Assembly: GCA_021432655.1 (NCBI GenBank) | Contig: MU271199.1 | Coordinates: 1-64,000 of the forward strand | Source: Atractiella rhizophila | Lineage: Eukaryota | DNA: 64,000 nucleotides | Direction: 5' to 3' | Part shown: piece by piece, positions 1 through 11,482 of the stretch | Numbering within the stretch: position 1 is the first letter of the stretch | Layout: every line of letters begins with the position of its first letter | The notes under the pieces: generated by a model | Told to the model about the DNA's origin: nothing | The model's database searches: none | The model's input: the letters and a program-made list of their open reading frames with translations, nothing else | Program-made: the position numbers and the translations under genes

Positions 1-744
1 CTTCATACAGGCGGTCATGATACCTTTATTGTGATGACTTGGGGAAAGATAATCTCCTATAGTAACTTGTCATTCAATAGGAGCAGTTTGTAGTACTACA
101 CACCAAATATCCATTGTTGCGTTGCAGCGAACTCTGCATCAGAAAAGAAGGGCTCGTTCCACGATCTTCCTGGGGCATCGAGCATTGATTCTACTTTTGC
201 GTCAATGACACCAAGATGTTCCGCTCCAGCAGAGTTTGGGTTTTCAGAGAAGCGTACAACCTTTTGGCCTATTCAACGGTGCATGCAAGTAGTTGCAAGG
301 CAGCACTCACCTCGAAGGGACATCCACTGATCTTCTGGATATCATTCCAACTCTTGGTCTCACGAAGATACGTCACGAGTTTTCCTGTGTTTTCTGTCTT
401 CGCTGCAATCCAGGACTTGGCGTGGCCCTCGTATCATCGATTCAACACTAGCACCGAAAAAGCAACCAATATGCGTACAATGGTGTAAGGGCAGGGGGGA
501 CCCATTAAGTACATATAAACTGAAACAATTTAGCCACTGGTTGGGTAAGAAGATATAACACACCCCTTTCATCATTCATCATGCCCAAGACACTCTGGAT
601 ATCCGCCTCGTTATACCTCCATGGCGTGAGACGGTATTTATCAAGAGGAATAGGGAGTTGTAAGAATGGTTCTCCAGTCTCGAGGTCATAGGAGACACCT
701 GGTATATGCGAAAATGGGTGGGGATGCGAAGTTTTGTGCTGCAT
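1..744 (-). CDS. GNAT (RimJ/Acetyltransf_3-like) N-acetyltransferase, copy 1; spliced, truncated by window edge
   Basis: N-terminus HPFSHIPGVSYDLETGEPFL...YRLTPWR matches the neighbouring gene. Bases ~1-66 read on minus give TIGDYLSPSHHNKGIMTACM, the acetyl-CoA-binding motif A region. Confidence 0.75.
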
Positions 745-921
745 ATCTTGGTGGACCTGTTTTAATATTTCTGGCCTATAAGGGATTATGAGCAGCGCTG
801 AACCGGCTGATTCAGCTTGAGTCTTTGACATCTTAAAAAAGATGAACCCACGGGCCCACAGGCGCTACAGTGAACAGAAACAGGAATCGAGGATGCAATT
901 CTACGGGTTTCGCCAAAGCAG

Positions 922-1858
922 TTATCTACGTAGCTCCATAACCCATTCAAAAAGCTCTTCAGGTTCGCCTTTACTAGCTACCCTCATTCCACATGATTTA
1001 GTTTCTCCGGTGAAGTGGAAACCATTCTTTTCGCTATCGACAACCTTAATTCGTTTCAGGTGCAAGCAACGTGAGGAAAGGCGTACAAAACTCTGCGAGA
1101 GGCCCAATTGCCAACAAAGACGCCTAATCTCCAGTACTTCACTCTCATGATAGGATCGAAAAAGCTAGCGAGCAGCACAGCGACACAAGCACTCATGACG
1201 CCCTTTCCGTGATGATCTGGTGAAAGGAAGTCGCCGAACATCCACTGTTGCTTCCCAGCAAAGTCATCATCGGGGAAGAACGGATCTTTCCACATTTCTC
1301 CAGGTTTGAATTTCAACGATTCTGGCCTTGCATCAATGCAACCAAGAAGCCGTCCACCAGCAGACTCGATGTTTTCAGAATATCTGATAGCCTAACTGCA
1401 AGTCAAGAATACTTAGGTCTCCATGCCACCACACTCACCTCAAAAGGACATGCGCTAATCTTCTGGATCTCGCCCCAGTCCTTTGTCTCTTGCAGATACT
1501 TCACCAACCGCGATGTGCGTTCATGTCTCTTCTTGATCCATGATTTGGCCATTTCCTTCATAAAATCATTCAGAAAAGAGCCTCCCTGTAGGCGCAGGAA
1601 GTACGCACTTCGGTGTAAGGATACGGTGGTCCCAAGAGATTCATATACACTAACAGGTGTAAGGCAACATTCCAAATGGGGGATCAGAACTGCACCTCTT
1701 TTATCATTCAGAATTTCCATGTTACTCTGAACATCAACTTCATCATCTCTCCACGGAGTAAGTCGGTAATTGTGGAGTGGAGGAGCGAGTGTGAGAAACG
1801 GCTCGTTTGTTTTTGGATCATAACTGACCCCGGGGATGTGCGAAAACGGATGAGACAT
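922..1858 (-). CDS. GNAT (RimJ/Acetyltransf_3-like) N-acetyltransferase, copy 2; spliced
   Basis: MSHPFSHIPGVSYDPKTNEPFL...; FGDFLSPDHHGKGVMSACV (motif A); VFVGNWASRRV..EKNGF (motif B, N..S.RV.EK.GF) joined across an intron. Confidence 0.8.
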
Positions 1859-3149
1859 TGCGGATGATACTGCATCAACCACTTCAGCAATATCTCCTTA
1901 AATGGGATAGAATTGTAAGGGCTGCGATTAGGAAGCTGAAGAAGTAGGAGTATTACCGAGGGTAGACTAGGGCCTGAAAAGAAATTGCCTGAAAGCAGAA
2001 GTATTTGCGACGGAACTGATAGACAGCATAGGGCCGCAACTTGCAGGTAAGGAAGCAGTCCTATGTGCGACGAGAGCGATAGGTGCCAAGGGAACGCACA
2101 GTAGAGGAGACCAAGGCAGAAGTCGCAGAGAACCATTACCTAGCGTGGCGGCAGCTTAAGGGGAGGGTAACCCCTGAGGAGTAGTATCTGCGAAGGATTC
2201 CACAGCTGTCACCGAAGAGAGTCTCCTACCACGCGGCAGCCGAGAAGTAGGCGCATCTGTGAGCGAAGTGAGAGGTGCCACAGTCTGGAATGTACAAGGA
2301 AAGGAAAAGGGAGGACGAGACTGCGTCACGGTTGTCAAAGGAAATAGTGACGAAGTCAGGCTCGCCGACCTCTTAACGGAGGACTGCCATATCGAAGCTT
2401 TATAAGGAAGTTCTAGCGTGGGCCCCATTGTCCCCTACCACGTGAAAACGAAGAGCAGGACTTCTTCGGTCCAGCAAGCTGGAACCTTCCTCATTCGTAT
2501 CCCCTACCGAGCCCTTCCTATCCCCACGAGAACTTGTCCAGGAGCAGTTAGACATGACCCTGTAATGCGGGTGCGTTTGACAGTGGCCTACCCTGCTCGC
2601 TCTCTGACGGCAAAGATGCCGCATGTCCAAGCGACGGAGCTGCCACTACTCTGACCTGACCTTTGAGCCTCGGAAACCCTCTTTAATCTAACTGAAGGGG
2701 TCATCCGTCAGGTTGCTGAGGCTGAACAGCAGCTCGCCATCTTCTCCACCATCTACACCTTACCCACGCAAGCACACGACCTCTTCTCTCCGGCTTACTA
2801 GTCTCCCTACACATTATCTACATAAAACACTTACACCCCCTTTCGCAACAACGAATCTTCAACATCCCCAGAGACCCAGGTGCTGGAGAACGTACAGTCC
2901 CTAGCAGCGACAGAGACGACGGGAAACAGACTTGGGTCGCAGTAGTTTTGACTGGGACTAGAAGGGAGGGGGTAAGCAGGAGGGGTCTTATGGTGACCGG
3001 CAGTCCGACGGCCAAGACGAGTTTCGAAGTGACGATATGCGCGAGGGAAGGCTCGAGCGTATTAGAGGAAAGAGGACGAGCGGTAGAAAGAGGGGCGACG
3101 ACGAGGACGCTCATGAGGGCGAACAAGAAGCGGCGAAGGGGTAGGTAGC

Positions 3150-3982
3150 TCTGAGAGGTGGTGGCCTCAAACTACTGTCTCTCTTGTAAGCGCGATCGAA
3201 AGGGGATCTGCTTCTCGGAAGAGGACCGCTAAACAGTGGTCTGAACCTGCTGTGTCTCCTTCTGCTCCTCGCCTCCTTTTCCACGGAGACGCAACTCCCC
3301 TTCCGTACCCTGAACCCCCGCCAACGCCTCTCCCAAGCTCACACCCTCTGTACAACACCTAGTTCCACAAAGGTCACACTAAAAGCTCGTCAGAATAACG
3401 TTGAGCATTTTATTCTTACACCGGGACTGCTTCCTCTGCTTACCTCGAGTGAATGAACACGAAAAGTTCCCGACGGTGACGGCGATCGATAGGGCGCAAG
3501 TTATAGTGATCAGGGCGCCTAGGGTGGTCAACTGGAACGACAATTACTAACAGTGGAGCATTCTCAGCGAAGTTCACCGTGTCGCACTTCTCCAGCAGCT
3601 TTCCGTCCGTCGCGAATTTCGGAACCAAGGATCAACCATACGCGCTCAACAACCACCATCTGTTCTTGTTCTGAAACCCCGCCGTTTGCTGCTAGACCGT
3701 TTGAAGTGATTATCGAAGTGGCACCACAGTCCCCTATAAAACTCACGTTCGTTAGGCGTGTCCCTAAATATGCCTTAGAACCTCGAATTGATTTCTTTTA
3801 TTTCCCTTCAGCCGAAACCTCCACTCGACAACGTAAAAGACCGTCAGTTCCGCCAGTGTCAGTACTACACAAATAAAACTTGGACAAGTTTCTTTAAAGC
3901 TACGGAGTTCGTACGCTTGCAGAAAAGTCGTACGGATCTAACTTCTCGCTTTGAACTCCGCTTAACCTTGTTTCATGTGTAG
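3150..3982 (+). pseudogene. decayed coding relic of unknown origin
   Basis: Long plus-strand frame (FLHRDCFLCLPRVNEHEKFPTVTAIDRAQVIVIRAPRVVNWNDNY*QWSILSEVHRVALLQQ...) broken by isolated TAA/TGA/TAG stops. No recognisable domain. Confidence 0.3.
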
Positions 3983-4334
3983 TGTTTGATTAATCTATGC
4001 AAGTCGGTCACATGGAGAACGGGGTTCGTGTTCAGTGCCGAGGGAGAGCCTCAAACAGAGAACATGCAAATTAGCGTTTCTTTTAGTATGTACTCTCAGA
4101 CAAGGTAATTGCTCTTGATCTGTGTTCGCTTAAGATCTGACTCAAGGCGAAGAGGTAATGGGTAGGTTAGGCGAGAAGGAGAAAGGGTAGAGGAAAGTAC
4201 CAAAAGTACGAGAGGAAGAAAAGCGATTTTTGCTTAGGTAAGAAGAGCGACGCGGAGCTACCCAGTCTTGTCAAACGCGTACACTCCGGTAGCTCCCCTC
4301 CGAATGTTGTGGGAAGAACTTCGGGTTAAAGGGT

Positions 4335-5175
4335 GCTTACCGAAACGGTGGGTCTCGACGTGCCAGCTCAAGTAGACATTCAATCTCTTATAGCAATTCC
4401 ACCAAGGCTACGTACGCCAGTACTGAGGAAAGGGCACGAGTCTTCCTAGCTCCATTAGCGGACGTTTTCTTAGCGAACTCCCTCGTCAAGATACTCGGCT
4501 CTCGCTCCTCCATATGACTCAAGGGTCCAAGGAAGTAGATCGAATGCGCGACGGTGGTAGGGATCTTCAGAAGGTGGTCTACGACGTCCCAGGAGCCTTA
4601 TGGACTACTGGACATTGGGTAAAATTCGTGCGTACAAATAACGACCTCCGTTTGCCTGAAGTTTTCCCGTTCGAAAGTTCGAAAGCGAGCATTTGAGTAA
4701 GTACAACAGCGAGCGAGAGTTTTCCAGCTCACATCCAAAGTCAAGTAGTATAGAGGTTAACGACATCTTGAGGGGCAGGAGAGCGAACATACCTATGCCC
4801 TATGCTTCGTTCAAACCTACCTGACACATCTGGTCAGGTGAATTTGTAGTATGCACCGTAGCTTCCCCTCTTTGTCATGGAAACGGCAGTAAGTCTTAGA
4901 AGTGGTTTGAAAGCTACAGGGCACTCAGCAGGAATGCGGTCTGGCAATCAGACATTCGGCTGTTGCCTAGACCGTTTCCCTGCTTACCAAGGAATAAAAC
5001 TTTCAGCATCTTTTAAGGTCCCTACACCCTTATACCCACTCTGTAAGACAAGTCGTTCGTAAGTCGGTCACAGAGGAAGACCGAAAAGAGTGCCACGAAC
5101 TCAAGCCTGGGTGGCGAGTTTCTGAGCTGGTACTGAGTTAGGTAAACGTAAGTAGGACTGTGTGTGTGTAACGAA
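4335..5175 (-). pseudogene. intron-containing pseudogene relic running into the assembly gap
   Basis: Removing the GTAAG...CTGAT..CAG intron (~4941-4987) joins KVLFL|DRIPAECPVAF. A further exon reads LDVSWKTLARCC...SSP*GSWDVVDHLLKIP...VELL*EIECLLELARRDPPF and ends at a GTAAG donor. Isolated stops at ~5022, 5013, 4598 and 4388. Confidence 0.5.
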
Positions 5176-5384
5176 NNNNNNNNNNNNNNNNNNNNNNNNN
5201 NNNNNNNNNNNNNNNNNNNNNNNNNNNNNNNNNNNNNNNNNNNNNNNNNNNNNNNNNNNNNNNNNNNNNNNNNNNNNNNNNNNNNNNNNNNNNNNNNNNN
5301 NNNNNNNNNNNNNNNNNNNNNNNNNNNNNNNNNNNNNNNNNNNNNNNNNNNNNNNNNNNNNNNNNNNNNNNNNNNNNNNNNNNN
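5176..5384. other. assembly gap (209 N)
   Basis: Run of N; left flank ends in a short (TG)n tract. Confidence 1.
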
Positions 5385-6878
5385 TGCACTCGAGTGTTGA
5401 TGTAGCGATGTTAGACCGTCTGACTTCAAGCCACGACATGGACGAGAAGCCACGCAAATGTTCACTGATGAAAGTTCAATACAAGTTCAATCTCCCATTC
5501 AGTCTCCGAACGCAGAGGTAGCCTCTTTAGCCTCTGACCCTGATCGTCAAACTACGAGTGGAAGCGAAATGATGGACGAGCTTGAAGGAATGATTGCGGA
5601 CGCAATTGACGCCCAAGGAAACGTGGTCGAGACTCCTCCAAGCGGGAAGACGAAAGGGCGGCCCTCATCCTTTCATGAAGCTACCCCTACCCGCCCTAAG
5701 ATACTCACCGAGATAAAGAACGATCTCCCCGCTATTCCTGGCATGATACGAACGACAACCTCTCCTTCAATGGCGTCAACACCCTCCCCAACCAAAATGG
5801 AACCCCGAGAAGGCAGACGACACTCAATGATGGCATTCTCCACCCCGACAGGTAAAGAAAATTTTTCGGCACGAACGAGGAAAACGACCCTGTTACTGGG
5901 TCTCAATCGTCCATATCCCGCTGCAATGGATTATTCAGATATCAAGGCTATGCGCACACCGAATGAAAGAGCAATTGCCTATGCGAAAAAGATCAACGAA
6001 TTGGCCAAGGAAGACAGTGGACTGCATATTTGGCTAAGCTGCATAAAGGAGCAGCAGTATGGCTCAGGTTGGGATCGTTTCTCCTTCTGCAACTTTTATT
6101 GATCTCAGCCCTAGGATTCCGTTCTCCTTCCAATTCGACGCATGGCGTGACCAACGCCAAACTTCACACTCGCGATTTTTCAGGCGCCTCTGAATTCCCC
6201 ACTCGTCCTGACGCATACAAAGCGAAAGAGCTCACTCGCTCTCCGCTCGCCCAGTCCCAACCATTGACGGTGTCCCAACGGGTGCTTCAACCTCCGGTCC
6301 GCACTCCTACTTCTATCCCGTACCCTGGAGCAGTACCAAAACGACACGGTGGTACTGGCTCCATTTCTACCCCCAACACTCTCAGTCGAGCATCTGGTCC
6401 CAAATCAAGCACCAGTGGATTTTTCTCTACCCTTGGAAGGAAGACGAGTAGGAGCGTCCGTTCTCCCACCGCCGCCCTAGCCAGTAGATCCGCTGCTCCT
6501 ATTGGGACTGTTAGCGCTCCAACGCTCAACCTAGGGACGATCAAGGGTGGACCAAGGATGCCGTACAATGGCTCTACGACGCTAAGCTCTTTCAGCGAAG
6601 CGGAAGACCGCATCTCTTCTCCAATATCTGAAACTCCCCATGCAACTATCAGACAATCGATGCTCACAGCGCGGCCGACCATCTCAAGCACGAAATCAAG
6701 CTTTGTTTACGGGTCTGGAAAGACGGAAGATGGCCTTTCTGACAAACTCGACAAGCTGGCAGATATCCTCCCACAAGCTAACCGGGATGTCTTGAAAGAT
6801 TACCTCATTCGTGCGAATGGGGATGATTTGCTTGTTGTTGGACAATATCTCGATGATGAGAGGTCAGGAAGGGTGTGA
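5385..6878 (+). CDS. Ser/Thr/Pro-rich hypothetical protein with C-terminal CUE/UBA-like helical domain; 5' end probably in the gap
   Basis: ORFs 5458-6102 and 6030-6878 join across a probable intron (~6068-6108). Conserved-looking block MDYSDIKAMRTPNERAIAYAKKINELAKEDSGL; C-terminus LDKLADILPQANRDVLKDYLIRANGDDLLVVGQYL has a CUE-like pattern. Confidence 0.7.
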
Positions 6879-7215
6879 TGTGATGGTCAGAGCCTAACGT
6901 ATGGTCTGCACCTTGTTCTATTGTGTTTAGTCTTTGATTACTCTTCTATCTTAAGTCGTCTTTCATGTGTCTTCTTAGTTGACACCTTCGTGGACTGATT
7001 CGTTGATCGTTGATGTCGAGTTAAGTGAATTATGCTTACTTGTGATGGAATTGTAGTTATGCTATTGTACGACAGGACGACATCTTATTTCTTTCGAACT
7101 AGTCAACAGAGTCAACAGGTTGCTCACAGTTGCAGAACTTTCCTCGCAGAAACACAACACTTTTCCTCAAGGCGGAGAAGAATTCCACATATTGGACGTG
7201 CTCTTGTTGCACCTT

Positions 7216-8457
7216 TCACCTGCTTCTCGTACTCGTACCACCTCTCATCCTCCCTCCACCAGCACCGACATGAGTGAACATTCCACTAGGACCACCTCCG
7301 AACTTCCCATTCAAGTTTGAAAGGTCATTTTGCGCTCCACCGATCTCCCAGCTCATCCTTCTCGGTGTGGACTGGTGTGATCTGTCTTGATGAACGCCAT
7401 GAGTGCCCGCTGGTTGAAACGCTTGGACTTGGGGATTCCTTCCACTGTGGCGAGGCGTAGATGGTGCATTGGGGATGAAGGACTGATGGCCAGAGGAAGA
7501 CTACAAAGAGCGGCATTGTCACCATCATCTAAGTAAGCAGAGGCAACAGTCGTACTTTGAACGTTCCTCCCCCTGGACCGTTGATGGGAAAGGTGCCATA
7601 TTGGTGATTGTCAATAGCATCCGGAAGGGTCGAGATTTTTGGTGCGGTGGTGGTTGGAGCGGCAAGAAGAGCGCGCTGCTTCATCTTGTCGTACTGAGTC
7701 TGTTCATTTCACTGCATTAGTGACGCAGCTGAGGTAAGGAGGGACCAACCTTCAACTTCGTATACTCCTTCGAGTTCTCTTTGTGAATCTCTTTCAGATC
7801 CCTCACCTTATTTCTTTCACCCTCCGCGTCCTTTTGAGCCGCTACAATCGCGAGTCAGTCACATCCGAGTCGATACGAGAGAAAACAGTAAACCAAGCAG
7901 CTTCTCCTTGAGCAGAGCGATTTCGGCGTTTGCTTCCCTAACTATGTTGTTGCACTGCTTCTCGAGGACCGCCACACGTTCTTGAGAGGACTTCAACAGT
8001 ATTTGTTGGAAGGTTGACTCCTGGCTCATTTGGTACGACCTTTCACCCAAAAGCACGCGCCAAATCCTTATCTTTGGCACGAGAAGGAGGTGGGAAGAGG
8101 AGCAACAAACCAGAAGTTCATCGCTCGATTAGCCACGTCCAAAATGATGGCGGGACTGAGGCCAGAGAGTACCGACGTTTTGTAATCGTTTGTAGGATTC
8201 AAGGTGGTAGAAACGATGTCATCCTGTTCTGTCAATGCGGTTTCGCAAGCAGGGCATACACGCGCTTCCGTAATGAGCACGTTAGCACAGTCAATACAGA
8301 ATATATCTAATCCAGTCCACACACACGTCAGTGAAGGATGTTCTGGCGGTTGAACATAACGAAGGAGCTGACGAGAACAAGTTGTGACCACAGCTTGGCC
8401 AGAGAGCGAGAGGGGTTTTCGACACTTTAGGGAGTTGCAACGAAGATCGGTGTCCAT
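7216..8457 (-). CDS. HEI10: HEI10/CCNB1IP1 meiotic RING E3 ligase
   Basis: MDTDLRCNSLKCRKPL...AVVTTCS|HIFCIDCA...CPACETAL...NPTNDYKTSVLSGLSPAIILDVANRAMNFW, then YQMSQESTFQ coiled coil and a disordered tail. This is typical of HEI10. Confidence 0.9.
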
Positions 8458-8459
8458 TG

Positions 8460-8576
8460 CACGTGTGATATGAGGGTATTACGGTGGGCTAGGTAGTCAC
8501 TCGACTTTTAGACACGGTTGTTCCTTCATAGAGCGTTTGTTTGCCACACGCGTCATCAAAAACACGTGATACGCGT
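8460..8576. promoter_or_regulatory. HEI10 proximal promoter: two MCB boxes (ACGCGT 8548, 8571) and CACGTG boxes (8460, 8563)
   Basis: Exact motifs lie within 120 bp upstream of the HEI10 ATG. Function is inferred. Confidence 0.45.
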
Positions 8577-9169
8577 TAGGAGAGAAGCAAAGGAAACGGC
8601 AGAGACAACTCCTCAGATAAGCAGAATGAGTCCTGCTATATGCCGAGGCCAATATTTATATACATTTTAGGTGACCTTGGGTCAATAAAGCTTTCTGAGC
8701 AGTTACCTTCACTGTCACACACTTTTCTGCCATTCTAGCAACTTGACATGGACATCTTTAGTCGGGCTCAGCCATTACGCGCCTAGCTCCAATCACACTA
8801 TGTATTGCGAGGTTCGAGATGGAAAGAGGGAAAGAGAAGGGGTACTCATTGTATTCAGCCACCAGCTCGTCCTTGGACGAGCATCAATGTGCGATACATC
8901 ACTGACTTAACATCTACTCAATTCTTTCAGCTTGCACGCGTCACACACCTATCACGTAGACATTCAAACCAAGAACAGGCAAAGAGAGAAGGACAAAAGG
9001 ACAGAAAAAGGGGTCTTATTGAGCCACAAGGTTGTGACTTCGAGCCTTCTTTCATAAAACAACCGCATTCCTGCATTCCCATTTGCAACCACAACCACCA
9101 TCTGGCGGCGTTTTCAACGTCGTTATCAACGACCGTTGCCTTCCGCAACTCTTGCTAGATATCCTCACC

Positions 9170-10877
9170 ATGTTATTTCTCCTAATCTCACTTCTTGCCT
9201 TTTCTTCGCTCCTCCCGCTCGCCACGGCAACGCCAGTCGTCGACGGCGGATACGAATCGATTGTTCAATGCAGGAGTGTGAGAGTATCAGAGGATAGACT
9301 GCCTGGTAATGAAGGCGCTGTGTCGACTAGCTGGGGCCTTTGGGTCATGGAAGGTGCTTTTGCTGAGACGTGAGTCTTTGCTTCCAATCTGGGACAGTTC
9401 GGGAAGAGGTGGACTGCATTGAAGTTGTTCTTCCCTAAGGCTGTTGAAAGCGCTTTTACCGTCTTTTCAGAGATGTAATTGATTCATTGTAGGCATGAAC
9501 TCTTCTTGCTGACTGGCAAAAAACGGTGTTATCTTTTATACTTGGCCATGTGTCTTCACAACTAGTGCCAACGAATATTTGGGCTTAAACCAGCCCTAAT
9601 AGATAGACTGTACTTGCTGTGTCCCGTCCAAGCAGCGTCATAGTTAATGATAATTTCGGCACCATGTTGGTGATGTGCTAAGGCCTTTGTTCATGGCCAC
9701 CTGTCTCCGCGGAGGAGGAGCGGGGCAAATCTAGTATAAAGCGAATCTCAACCTCATCTGAGGAGAGACAAATATCCATTGACTTGATATCTGACGAACA
9801 CTCAAATCTATGATGAGCAACTCTGACGTGGTTGTGACACAGGCCAGACCAAATCATTGCGTGCGTGGGTACCTCATGCAACTGGGAGGTGAACTATGCC
9901 TCTGGCACACAGCTTCGGTGTGTCCTCATCTTTCCATCGCCTAATTTACCTCAATTGATTGCGGAATCGAAGTCTCTGTGGTGTGCTCGCGAATTCAGGA
10001 TCTGAATGCACAGGCGTTTATACCGTTATTGCATCGAGAGATAACACCTGTCTCGTGGACTCCACCTCTTCTACGACTCAAGCTAACACAGCAAGCACGA
10101 CTACGACCTCTTCATCAAGTGATGGTGGATCAATTGTGCCTACTCCAACACCGACAAATACTGATCCCTCAGACAACCCTATCGACATGCCTCCCAATCA
10201 TGTTGAACCAGCGTCGGGAGGTGCTCAGACTGCAGCCATCGTTGGTGGAGGTCTGTATCGATTACACTCCTTCATAACGTGTCAAACTGAAAACGATCGG
10301 TGATTTAGTTGTTGGCGGTGTCTCTTTCGTCGCGATCCTCGCTACCTGCCTCTTCTGTGTCCGACGGAAACGTCGCAGTGCTCGCACTCGCGCCCTTTAT
10401 GGATTCGATCAAACTTCCAGCGATAAAGGAACCGGGAGTGGTGGCCTGACTGGCGCTATAGAAGCGGACAACTCTCGCTGGGGCTGGGTGACGTTCAACC
10501 GAAATGCGTCTCGATCTGAGGGTGGACCTCTAGGAGCCTCCAGGAGCGAAATCACTCGAGAACCAAAGGGTTCGGTTGATCTCACACTCCCTCCTCAGGC
10601 AAGGATTGCGAATAGCCCATGGGCACAGTTCGGGGATGCTGAAGCTCAACAATTCCCTCCTGTCCCACCAATCATTCACGTTCCGGCTTCATTGTCTATT
10701 CAAGATCCTTTCCGAACCCCTGCTCCAACCCCGAAGATCTCAATCGACCTACCCCCTTCTTACCCTGCCATTCTGGACCCGAACCCCCATCCTGTTCCTC
10801 AACCAGCATCACGGCCTTCACTCGACCTAGAAGGAGTGCCGAAAAGGTCGAGACGGGTCCCTGTGCCCACGTCTTGA
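9170..10877 (+). CDS. single-pass cell-surface protein (signal peptide, Cys-containing ectodomain, S/T stalk, TM, Pro-rich tail; Mid2-like architecture)
   Basis: Signal MLFLLISLLAFSSLLPLATA; STSSTTQANTASTTTTSSSS stalk; TM AAIVGG|VVGGVSFVAILATCLFCV followed by RRKRRS stop-transfer. Confidence 0.75.
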
Positions 10878-11482
10878 GTGGATGCGTCTGGTCATAGCTC
10901 ACACTCGTCTTTTCGGCAATTTTCTTTTCGGCATCATTTCGACGCTCAAGAGTGTACCATGCATGATCTTGGCTTCTTTGCTCACGCGGTATATATGCTG
11001 ATTATGGCTTTTTGATGACCTTTTGATGACTCGAAGTCGTTGATACTTTGTACCTGATGTAGAGTAGGAAAAGTACGCCCTCCTCCCTGTCACAATGCAT
11101 GTATTCTCACGTCTAGACTTCAAGAATTGTTCTCGTGGTGCTTTCACGCAGTTCAGCTAAACCCAGGTTTAGAGCGCAACACCTGTTCTCTCTTGTGTGC
11201 CAGTTCTATTTGTGCCTGTTGCATGCAAAGTCACCTGACTGTACCCACATTACCATTGACTGGGAAGCTGACTCGCTTTCAGTTGGGGCGCGACCTGCGA
11301 GAAGTATTCCGAGGCCATAAAACTTGCTCCTCCTCTTGCCTGTTGCCAGCGACACAGGTAACTCTGATTCTTAATGTTCCGCAAACTGAGTACTGAATGA
11401 TGGCCAGGAAACCAGTTGCTGATTATCTTGCTGCTACTTCCACTGTTTTTATCAAACTCTCAACTTTTGCGAATGCCACAAT

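Noticed and set aside
5158..5175. TGTAAC next to the gap as an LTR start
   Set aside because: It is part of a (TG)n tract; no second LTR, PBS or gag/pol motifs are visible.
5022..5521. ORFs spanning the N run
   Set aside because: Artefacts of translating the gap.
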